Positions 22,001 to 33,499 of a DNA stretch of 64,000 bases are shown here, in pieces. The position numbers and the translations under genes are program-made. This DNA is from Massalongia carnosa (taxonomy: Eukaryota): assembly GCA_965645245.1 (NCBI GenBank), contig OZ287080.1, positions 310,001 through 374,000 of the forward strand, written 5' to 3'. The notes under the pieces were generated by a model that ran no database searches, was not told where the DNA came from, and saw nothing but the letters and a program-made list of their open reading frames with translations. How positions within the stretch are numbered: position 1 is the stretch's first letter; every line of letters begins with the position of its first letter.

Positions 22001-25000
22001 CAACGCTCGACACAGTCAACAATCTAGGAAATTTGTATAAAAATCAAGGCAAGATGAACGAGGCCGAAGAGATGTATCTGCGGGCATTGACAGGATACGA
22101 AAAGGCCTGGGGTCCTGATCACACATCAACGCTCAACACAGTCAACAATCTAGGAAATTTGTATAAAAATCAAGGCAAGATGAACGAGGCCGAAGAGATG
22201 TATCTGCGGGCATTGACAGGAAAGGAAAAGGCCTGGGGTCCTGATCACACATCAACGCTCGACACAGTCAACAATCTAGGAAGTCTGTATGCAGATCAAG
22301 GCAAGATGAACGAGGCCGAAGAGATGTATCTGCGGGCATTGACAGGAAAGGAAAAGGCCTGGGGTCCTGATCACACATCAACGCTCGACACAGTCAACAA
22401 TCTAGGGCTTTTGTATGCAGATCAAGGCAAGATGAACGAGGCCGAAGAGATGTATCTGCGGGCATTGACAGGAAAGGAAAAGGCCTGGGGTCCTGATCAC
22501 ACATCAACGCTCGACACAGTCAACAATCTAGGAAGTCTGTATGCAGATCAAGGCAAGATGAACGAGGCCGAAGAGATGTATCTGCGGGCATTGACAGGAT
22601 ACGAAAAGGCCTGGGGTCCTGATCACACATCAACGCTCAACACAGTCAACAATCTAGGAATTTTGTATAAAAATCAAGGCAAGATGAACGAGGCCGAAGA
22701 GATGTATCATCGGGCATTGACAGGAAAGGAAAAGGCCTGGGGTCCTGATCACACATCAACGCTCGACACAGTCAACAATCTAGGAATTTTGTATAAAAAT
22801 CAAGGCAAGATGAACGAGGCCGAAGAGATGTATCTGCGGGCATTGACAGGAAAGGAAAAGGCCTGGGGTCCTGATCACACATCAACGCTCGACACAGTCA
22901 ACAATCTAGGAAGTCTGTATGCAGATCAAGGCAAGATGAACGAGGCCGAAGAGATGTATCTGCGGGCATTGACAGGATACGAAAAGGCCTGGGGTCCTGA
23001 TCACACATCAACGCTCGACACAGTCAACAATCTAGGAAGTCTGTATGCAGATCAAGGCAAGATGAACGAGGCCGAAGAGATGTATCATCGGGCATTGACA
23101 GGAAAGGAAAAGGCCTGGGGTCCTGATCACACATCAACGCTCGACACAGTCAACAATCTAGGAAGTCTGTATGCAGATCAAGGCAAGATGAACGAGGCCG
23201 AAGAGATGTATCTGCGGGCATTGACAGGATACGAAAAGGCCTGGGGTCCTGATCACACATCAACGCTCGCCACAGTCAACAATCTAGGGCTTTTGTATGC
23301 AGATCAAGGCAAGATGAACGAGGCCGAAGAGATGTATCTGCGGGCATTGACAGGAAAGGAAAAGGCCTGGGGTCCTGATCACACATCAACGCTCGACACA
23401 GTCAACAATCTAGGAAGTCTGTATGCAGATCAAGGCAAGATGAACGAGGCCGAAGAGATGTATCTGCGGGCATTGACAGGAAAGGAAAAGGCCTGGGGTC
23501 CTGATCACACATCAACGCTCGCCACAGTCAACAATCTAGGGCTTTTGTATGCAGATCAAGGCAAGATGAACGAGGCCGAAGAGATGTATCTGCGGGCATT
23601 GACAGGAAAGGAAAAGGCCTGGGGTCCTGATCACACATCAACGCTCGACACAGTCAACAATCTAGGAAGTCTGTATGCAGATCAAGGCAAGATGAACGAG
23701 GCCGAAGAGATGTATCTGCGGGCATTGACAGGATACGAAAAGGCCTGGGGTCCTGATCACACATCAACGCTCAACACAGTCAACAATCTAGGAATTTTGT
23801 ATAAAAATCAAGGCAAGATGAACGAGGCCGAAGAGATGTATCTGCGGGCATTGACAGGAAAGGAAATGGCCTGGGGTCCTGATCACACATCAACGCTCGA
23901 CACAGTCAACAATCTAGGAAGTCTGTATGCAGATCAAGGCAAGATGAACGAGGCCGAAGAGATGTATCTGCGGGCATTGACAGGAAAGGAAAAGGCCTGG
24001 GGTCCTGATCACACATCAACGCTCGCCACAGTCAACAATCTAGGGCTTTTGTATGCAGATCAAGGCAAGATGAACGAGGCCGAAGAGATGTATCTGCGGG
24101 CATTGACAGGAAAGGAAAAGGCCTGGGGTCCTGATCACACATCAACGCTCGCCACAGTCAACAATCTAGGGCTTTTGTATGCAGATCAAGGCAAGATGAA
24201 CGAGGCCGAAGAGATGTATCTGCGGGCATTGACAGGATACGAAAAGGCCTGGGGTCCTGATCACACATCAACGCTCGCCACAGTCAACAATCTAGGAAGT
24301 CTGTATGCAGATCAAGGCAAGATGAACGAGGCCGAAGAGATGTATCATCGGGCATTGACAGGAAAGGAAAAGGCCTGGGGTCCTGATCACACATCAACGC
24401 TCGACACAGTCAACAATCTAGGAATTTTGTATAAAAATCAAGGCAAGATGAACGAGGCCGAAGAGATGTATCTGCGGGCATTGACAGGAAAGGAAAAGGC
24501 CTGGGGTCCTGATCACACATCAACGCTCGACACAGTCAACAATCTAGGAAGTCTGTATGCAGATCAAGGCAAGATGAACGAGGCCGAAGAGATGTATCTG
24601 CGGGCATTGACAGGAAAGGAAAAGGCCTGGGGTCCTGATCACACATCAACGCTCGCCACAGTCAACAATCTAGGGCTTTTGTATGCAGATCAAGGCAAGA
24701 TGAACGAGGCCGAAGAGATGTATCTGCGGGCATTGACAGGAAAGGAAAAGGCCTGGGGTCCTGATCACACATCAACGCTCGACACAGTCAACAATCTAGG
24801 AAGTCTGTATGCAGATCAAGGCAAGATGAACGAGGCCGAAGAGATGTATCTGCGGGCATTGACAGGATACGAAAAGGCCTGGGGTCCTGATCACACATCA
24901 ACGCTCAACACAGTCAACAATCTAGGAAGTCTGTATGCAGATCAAGGCAGGATGAGCGAGGCCGAAGAGATGTATCTACGGGGCTCAAGCGGCTTACCTG

Positions 25001-25089
25001 TGCGAGGTATGACAATTCTAGGCAGGACAAGGCTGGATGACATATTCAAACGTCAAAATGAAATCAGATCAATACCGTCTGAAAGCTAG
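19059..25089 (+). CDS. Fungal NLR: patatin-like phospholipase - NB-ARC - TPR (PLP-1/PaPlp1-type architecture), about 1956 aa
   Basis: Exons 19059-19459, 19519-20102, 20153-20782 and 20834-25089 have GT..AG introns with CTAA-type branch sites and join in frame (5871 nt). Patatin motifs DGGGVRG, GTSTG and DGA; P-loop GLGGSGKT; Walker B LLIFDNVD; GLPLAL; TPR array. Confidence 0.93.
21538..24981 (+). repeat. Coding tandem array: 27 full 126-bp (42-aa) TPR units plus a partial 28th
   Basis: Unit starts at 21538 and 24940 differ by 3402 = 27 x 126. Units are near-identical. Confidence 0.97.
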
Positions 25090-26054
25090 TTGAATCTTGC
25101 TGGCAATGGTGGAATTGAAATTCTATCGTTCGGTTGAGAGGGAACTTGAAGGTAAGGGGCGTAGGGGCGCAGGGGCGCAAGGCGTACGGGGGAAGTTTCA
25201 AATTTCTTGGCATCTTCTCTCGCTGTGCTAAATCGGATCATATAGGAATTGAAAGAGAGTAGGGATTTAAAATGGAGTAGTGATTGAAAAGAGATAGGGA
25301 CTAAAAAGCCCTAATCATTTTAAAGCCTCGGGCATTTTTTCTGGCTGAAGATATCATGTTTCACAGGAGTTTGATATCGTTTTTTAATATTGCTACTATT
25401 GTACATAACGGTCTAGATAGTGGCCCCAAAGATAAAACGATTATCTCTGACTTCATGTGTGTTGCGCCGAGATGCTCTCCATCTATAACGCGGTACAGTA
25501 CATGTATGATTTAGACAGCCATGTTAGATGAATGTTAGATGGAAGCAGCTATCCTTCGTAAGAATACAGTGATTGATAGGTAAGGTCAGCATACGCATTA
25601 TTGCCCCCGAAGTGAGCGACCCAAGTCTGACCCGTCTATGGCCGATGGTCTGGTCCGTGATGATAAGTCTTTAAACAGAAGGGACATTGTACGTATACTC
25701 TTAGGCTATTCCATTCGGTCGCTGTTGCAAATGGTATGGTAGCTATGATTTTGAAGACGGGATGTTGCGAGGGAGTAGAGGAGCCGAAATTAGGAGCTAG
25801 AGCGATACGAGAGTTGATGCTGATGATGACGCAGCAGTCATAGGCTACAAGGAGCGAAGAACCCATAAGAACCCGAGATGGTCATGAGACTTACCATTCG
25901 ACGTATCGAAAACAGCAGAAGGGTATGGAATTAGTCAAGCTCGATGCCGAACCGAAGGTTTTCTATGGGGAGGCAACTTATTATGGCCGCTCGTAAGGTG
26001 GTGACCTCAAGAGGAATTTATGTAACCAGTCTGCACGCAAAGGCCGAATGACAG

Positions 26055-28265
26055 TCAAGTGGGTGTCTTGTGAACCAAATCCGCATGGTTCTGCAAGTGC
26101 ATTGTGCTTGTCAAAAAATCTTGACACCTTGGATGAAGGCATGCGATCGGATGACCGTCTTGGTGATGAGGAAGGTGTTTTACAATGGAAGTGCTTTTTC
26201 AGATCGTAGCGGCTGTGGAAAGACTTCAGACGTGTCTCGGTGGGTAGCGCTACACAGCCGAGGCAAAAGATACATTGAGTGGGTTCGCATTCAATCGGGA
26301 TGGAGTCTGAAAGAGAGGCCGGATCGAGGACAGATGGTGGTGTCAGATGCCGTTCCTTGATGACCGACGCGGAAAGTTTTGAACGACGTGGACGCTTGCC
26401 TTCCTGCAAGCGACAAAGGGCTGTCAAAGCATTGATCGCTTCCACCCGCCGTTTGCACTCTTCCTCTGGGGATGACGTCGCGAAGGTGAGGAGGGTATCG
26501 ATGACCCGGACACGCTCCTCGAAGACGTAATCCTCTGCCTTCGCCGTCTCCAGTTCTTCCGACGGCAGTCCTTTCAGCTTTCGTTGAATGTCGATCACCG
26601 GCTGCTCCCTCTTATACCTCGCTTTGGCCTCTTGTAAAAGAGCCTCCTCTGCCGCCGTTTTATGTTGCGATGAGCTTGATACGCCTTTTGGTACTTATTC
26701 TACACTGATGTTCCCTTCATGCTCGCGATTGGTCCATGATTGTCTTTGATAAACTGGAACATTTTCTTTTGCCTCCGGCGAAGGAGTCTCACCTCTGCGT
26801 GACGATCGACCTGGGCTTTATGGGCGTCATTGAGCTTCCGAGGCCGACGTCGATCAATCGTACGACTCATTTCACTGGCGAGTCGCATCAACGCAGTTTA
26901 CGGCTTCAAACCACGATAGGCGGCCCCGGTATCACTTGTGATATACCTCGAGAGATAGCTTTTTAAAAACACGGTGGAGTTGTGATGTTGCAAAATTAGA
27001 TTCCGTTGCGATTCGCTGATGAAGCCTGTGCAAGGGTCAGCGAAAAGCTCAAAAGAAGATTGACAGAGGTCGTATTACACACTTGCTGTTGTCGAGAGCT
27101 TCGCTATTGCCACGTCGAAAGATGTATGAACCGGTGGGAAGCTTCATGCTGGTGACGCTTTCAAGGGTTATCATCCGTGAGCGAAGAGTACTGTCAGGCA
27201 GAGCTTTGTCATCCGAAATTCGAACCCCGATCACGGTGAATTTGGATCGGCGGAAGAGGAGAACGTGTAGCATCGTTTCCTTAAGGGGAAACGGCAGCTG
27301 TTTCTGTCCCGGGGGGATCCGGAGACGGAATAACTGTTCGGCAGAAATCAATTCGGGAGCGGCGAAGGCCTGATCGATAAAGATCAAAGTGAGTAGGTTC
27401 AGACGAGGACAAGCAGCAGGCATGGTTCGTCAGGCTCGTCAGGAATCCTGAACTTGTTTCTATGATACTTGTCAGTCGTTCAGCGAAACTGTCCGTCTCG
27501 ACGAAGAAAGCACAAAAGGGCAACACGAACGTTTCTTTATCGCCTAGATAGCCCTTCGTATTCTTGAATGCGATTTCAATCAACCGTCGAGGAAGCTCCC
27601 CTCCTTCGAGATCCGGAAGCAAGGTGATCTTAACATCTTTGTAACACTACACCCAAGAGGGCAGTAGGACGGTTGTCTGTGATTCCGGCTAGCTGCATGA
27701 TCAAGGCTAGTTGTACACGGTGCGCTCGTGATCAATGACGATCTCGACGGAGAGAAACAATGTCTTCAGGAGCCCGAACTCGTCCTCGGCCCGCATGATG
27801 AGCTTCTTCTTCTTCTTCTCAGTCCTTAACCCATGCTTTAGAGCGAGCCGTTGTCTCGCCTAGTACTGGTTAATCAATAGAGGCGTAGAATGGGGCTCTC
27901 GTACCCCGTGCATCTGGCTTTTGATAAGCGGGTCGATCTCTAGATAGCCAGTCTCTTTCTTTTGCACTAGGCAAAAAACATTCCAGTATGTTTGCAGGGT
28001 ACTAGCCGCACTCAGCCGATCTTTTCGAATGGAGAGTAGCCAGTCGAAGAAGACGTAGAGGATGTTGATAGAGATCTCCTTGAGAGTCATGACGGGGTTC
28101 TTCCCAGTGAATTCGCAATATCTGTCAGCCTCGATCATATTTCGCCAGTCCACGATAGTAGTAGTAGCATCTCCTTACCAATACCAAAGGTTCTTAATCC
28201 AGCTCTGTAGATCCTCGCTGCTTTCCTTGTAAACTCGTTCAGGGAAATTAGAGTCGACGAGCGTG
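26055..28265 (-). pseudogene. DUF3435-type tyrosine recombinase (Starship 'captain'-like), decayed
   Basis: Minus-strand fragments in order: FFDWLL...STLQTYW, QLAGITDNRP, KNTKGYLG, DQAFAAP...LFRLRIP, YIFRRGNSEALD, QRNLILQH...FLKSYLSR, MSRTIDRRRP, and CIFCLG...LKKHF C-terminal zinc finger. Intron at 28122-28178. Several frameshifts and stops; no clear ATG. Confidence 0.85.
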
Positions 28266-30949
28266 GACGATAGGTGATCGACGTGAAGGAGGGACGGCGA
28301 AAATGAAAGTGGGAGAATAAGAGGGTGGGAAAGGCGAAGATGAAGGGTAGAGGGACACGAAGAGAAAGGTCGTCAGAGACGATGGGAACGGAGGGGAAGC
28401 TGAGCAGAACAGCCGATTCTGGAGGTCGGGGGGCACGATGAAATAAATACCTGGTGTCGGACAAGGACCATGAGGACCAGCTGAGTGATGATGCTTGAGG
28501 CATGAAACGCTCGACGTGGTGAGGTGATGCGCAAGAGCGACCGGGGACGGGTAGGGCGGCGGGAAAAATCCAGCAATATAGAAGCTGAAACAAATAATGT
28601 GAAGAGAGAAGCTGCAATTTATGATTTGAAAGTGGAGGACTGAGCGCCTTGAGGTCTACTTTCGCGTTAGCAAGTGCGTTCTAGACGTGCGAACTAGCTA
28701 ACTTATACTCGATATGCGTTTGAGAAGAGAATTTTGTTATGTGGCTTTTAGATGGCAGATAGTCTTTAATTATAAAATCTTATAAGTGTTCCTCACAGTG
28801 ATGAAGATGAGAGATGGACCACTGCATTTCATTTCAGGCTTGTTTTCTCTGCCCACAAAAAGGTCAGTAATGTTTTGATCTCGACAATATAGGCACACAT
28901 TAACTCACTTCTCAATGACTCTTAGAGGCCATCTCTTCTATGTTTGCGAATAAATAACACACCAGGCTGTAACTAAATAATAAGGGTGTTTACATTGATA
29001 TATGACCTCGGTATAATCACACATGTTAAGATGAAAGGCAGCAGAAACGAGATTAAAGAATCTAACAACCTGGCGAGAGATGGAAGTGCTTCAGAAGGAG
29101 AGAGAGGTTTAAATAGACTTTGCATATACGGCGAAGAAAGCTTCTTTCTATATGCTTTCCGATCTCGTTCTCCAGACAAAGTCATCATCCTGCGCCCCTA
29201 ATCTCAACAGAGCAGAATACATAGTCATCGCACATTCTTGTCCAGAACCACTCCAGCAATAGTGAGCTGCATACTTTATACTAGTCAGTAGATGTTTCAT
29301 GACTAAAATCATTGGCTGACGTAAAGAAGACCGAGCCCATAGGGATCATAATCCCATAAGCTGCCCTCACAGCGAAGCAAAGTATCATGTACGTCACAGC
29401 TGTCTCCGTTGAGGACGTACATGAAAACCGGGGAACCGTACGGTCTTGGGCAGATTGGAGCTGAATTTCGGGTGAAACTGGCCTCAGGGGATAGAGCAGC
29501 AGTGACGCACATATCCGCTTGAGACTCTATAAAGTCCTCAGTTTGAAACAAGATCATCAATCTGGAAGACTTTGTATACCCTAAACCTGCTAACAGCAGC
29601 GAAGGATGTCCTTTGATGTCAGAAATTGATCTATCGAATTGACGGATGAATTCTGCTTGCTCTGAGATTGAGTTGTCGAAGAGTGAGATAGCCGATGGAG
29701 GATATTGTCTATTACAATGTATTTCAACTCTGCTTTCTCTGTAGGCTATGATCTCGCGGTGGAATCATCCTGCAACCTTCAATGAAGCGACTTTGAAACA
29801 AAGGACTCAATCTTTATGGAACTTGACGTGTATCTTCTTGATTTTAATCCTTATATTTATTTTTATGATCCTTGACTGACTACGAGTTATTGATGAAGGC
29901 TTAAAGTGTTTGGAATACTCGCTTAGCCCAATTAGTTCTTGCTCAGGCTGCAGGCTGCCATGACTGCTATCCTCTCGCTGGCACGAAGGCATCACCCTCC
30001 CCCACTAACTATAGATGGTTTAGAGCTCCCGAAACCTTAATTGCCCACCAATCAGGTCAAGTACTTGCTACCCCTATTTGACCCTTTTTGACAGAACGCC
30101 CAATCAACTACTACCTTAAGGGCGGTTGGGGGTATTCGGACATGGTCTTGAGATGGTCTCAAGATCCCGGACATGTCTTCGCAAAACTAGGTACACCGGA
30201 AGGTTCCCGGTTTGTATGTTTTTTGAGCGCTTTCCTGATTGAGATGATTCAACATTATCCTGCACGTGTAAGATAGCTTAAAATTCTGCTTGTGTTTGGT
30301 GAGAAATATCTGCAGATCATATAAAGTCCGATATCATTTGAGAAATACGATGGTCTTGAAAAGAATATATCTCAGTGAACATTCGTATTGTTATGAACAG
30401 TGCCTTCCATTAAAGAGCATCTGACAATGATTTAAAGATCGTCTCAGTTTTGACAAGATCTCAAGACTTTCAAGATCGTATTCCGGATAAAACGATCAGA
30501 AAACAATCCTATAAAAGAGATATCACGTCCATGCAACCTCGTTACAGCTGAGTTGTATTCGAGTTCACATGCTGTATTCGCCCAAATGATGATTAGGGAA
30601 ACAAGTTATTAATTTAGTGACAGCTTCTAATTTACAGCTCTATGAATGCTATCATCCTCATGCCATGTTTCCCGTTCTCGTTGCTGTCTCGCACGATCTA
30701 GTCTTGAATGGCTCCATCGAGTCATTCCCGTACCTCCTCTCACAACATGTATGAGACCGATGAAACAAGGCAGATAAGAGACGTGCCTTGAGGACCTGAA
30801 GAATAAGACTGTTAGCTTGAATTGCAATATGCGCAAAGAACACAACGTACCAAGCGACCATGTAGAAGAAAGGGCAGCCTGACGCAATAAATAAATTAGT
30901 CTCAGTTCTTTCATACAAGTTTGAATGCGATAGATCAATCACCGAATTT

Positions 30950-32630
30950 ATGATGGAGAGTGTCGGCAAAAATCAGCTGTTCTGACCTGACAAACCTTCT
31001 CGCCTGAGGAGATTTCAGAGGAGATTTCTAAAACGGCCTTCTCGGAAACGTTCTTTTCGGAGACGTCTTTCTCGGAAATGGCCTTCTCGGAAACGGCCTT
31101 CTTCAAGAGAGTCTGCTTTGGCATGACTCTGGGTTCTCTATCGTCTGCTAGCTGTAGTTGCATCATCATTGTCAGCAGATGGGAAGAACTCTCACAAAAA
31201 TTCTGCAGCATTGAGTATGCTCAAACATTGCTTGACATGTTGTTCTTCCACCCGCAATTTAGCTTTGATGGCATTCGACACTTTGCTTGGTAATTTATCG
31301 TAAGTGACGTGAGGACTAATCCTCATATATTGCTGATCTTGACCAAACAGAGCATGAAAGAGTAGCCTCAACGCTCGATCAAGTATTTCAACGTCTTAAG
31401 TCCTCGGCAGTGTAGATTCTTGTCGGTGACAAGCTCAACAAGTGTCGCAAGTTCATTTCATCTTGATTGTATTGCTCCTGCTCCATTGAAGTTTTTTTGC
31501 TGTAATTTTGTCTCACTTCTTGATCGTTGTCATCTTCAAAACAATATCTTTCAAGGCAGTCATCTCATCTCCGTCTTCATCACTTTGAAAACCATCACTA
31601 TCATCCGATGTCACCTCGAATTCTTCGTTCATCTTGCAGCATTGTATCCGCGAATCTATCAGGTCTCTAACGTTTTTGGGATGCAAGATTCGTGACTGTA
31701 CTTTCGAGATCAATGTTCATTAAATCTTGCACCGTGATAGCTAATCTACTGCCGGTCTCCTCGTCAAACTCGACATTCATCGGATTATTCGAATCCTCTG
31801 TGGGAAGAAAACTCATTTCCTTCAGAATCTCGTGTCCTCTCTGACTCTCGTGTGCCTCTTTGACGTATTTATTCGACTCATTCAATAAGTCGACAACCAG
31901 GTTCTGCACCTCTGACGAAAAGGATCGAGTGGCTAAGTCCACCACGGCCTTGTCTGTTTGCTTGGAGTCTCGATATTGATCATGTGAGTCCTTTGTCACA
32001 ATTCGAACAGCCAACACCGGTTCCGTTTGAGAAACCTGCTTGAAAATGCAACGATTAGTCTTTCGTATCGGTATGAAGGAATATCACGCTCTTTTCAGAT
32101 AACATACCCGAATTACCCTAGATCAAGCCTGAATTTCTGAAAGTGCATTGATGGCTGGCGTTGTCACTAAAACCCGACAACAACATCGATCCAGATTTAT
32201 TCCTTGTGCCGACACCTGATACATTATTATCAAAATCAGCAAGGAATCTTTAGGATCGTTGAATCTTTTGACAAGATTCACGCGCTCTAAATCCGTCAAT
32301 TCAGCGTTTAACACTTCGGTCTCCACGTATGCAAAAGTACACACACTATCCCAGAAAAAGGCGTTGAGTGGTACATCTCCTGTAATCAACAGCTTTTGTG
32401 GCTTGTCCGTAATGATATGAGGTAACACACAAATATGAATTTGATATAGTATGTATCTCATGGTGGGAGCACCGTAGGTCAGAAATTTGAGTTTTTCCGA
32501 ACCAGTAGTAACATCAGAGTCTCCTTCTCGTTTCACAAGATTAATGATATGATGAGCAGTCACGCCTTTTGCTCGAAATCGGTTGATATCGTTGATCAAG
32601 ATGTTATGACCTATTTTTCGAAGCATGCGG
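30950..32630 (-). pseudogene. SNF2/SF2 helicase C-terminal domain relic
   Basis: ERVNLVKRFND...LIIMYQVSAQGINL...EIQA*SRVIR resembles helicase motifs IV-VI. Followed by acidic segments and a 15-bp (xSEK) repeat at about 31020-31105. Multiple stops. Confidence 0.6.
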
Positions 32631-33499
32631 TCGAGTCTACTGAGAAGAAGGGAGGCACTCGCGAGAGTTAAATGTCATAATGGTGCTATGATGTGTGAGA
32701 AATTATTGGCTTCAGCTTTCTGAATGGCTATGATTTGTGGTTTCTCCGTCTTCTTGTCCTTTCAATCTTTTATGGCTTGAACAAATTCCCTGCATTCATA
32801 CATTAGCTTTTATTTGCTCCTCATATTCATATCGATATGAAGGATAAGTCAATCGGGCGTGAGCTCTATGTACTCATTGAGACTCCTCTGCTTCTTCTTC
32901 TCGATATGACTCATTCTTGAAAAGCTTGGCATGAGTTTTCAAGTTGTCATTCGTCATCTTCTTATTTATATCCTTCTTTACTGCTCTCCTCGTTTTTCTA
33001 GACGTGATCGGGATCGCCTGAAAAAAGGTAAGTTAAAAGCTTTAGATGAAGATATCATAAGGAATAAACATTTTCTTTCATGATGTGGATAAGTAGAGGC
33101 TGAAACCTGTGATAGTGTAATGTGTGATGAGGTTGTATCTCAAAATCAAGTCAGGCGATCATATCAGTTTAAGAACTGATGATCAAGAAGAGATCGATAG
33201 TAGTACTCGGATGAAGAAGGAATGAGCAACAGGATTGAAAGAATAAATCAATGACGAATGAGAATGAAGGTAAAGATGAGAAGAAAGATAAAGATGAGTA
33301 GAAAGGTAAAGATGAAAGAGGATAGATTAAGTGAAATGAAGATCAACGTTGATCTTTGGGGCTAACGAAATTGTTGTCCTAAATCCACACAACATCAGTT
33401 CAGTCGTCATGACTATTTTTTTACAAAAATTTGACTCCCCATATACAATGTAACAAATCCATATCTGATTCTTTGTTACTGTTTAAACTTATTGTCGAC

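Noticed and set aside
21538..24981. CRISPR-like or non-coding satellite reading of the 126-bp array
   Set aside because: There are no unique spacers. The unit is 42 codons inside an open frame encoding TPR motifs.
28985..29290. TTTAC at about 28989 or TACTAGT at about 29280 as the partner boundary of the Starship
   Set aside because: The matches are too short, and the hAT reading frame does not convincingly resume after either.
30135..30180. Hairpin TCTTGAGA-TGG-TCTCAAGA between CGGACATG repeats
   Set aside because: Isolated and short, with no associated element end or gene.
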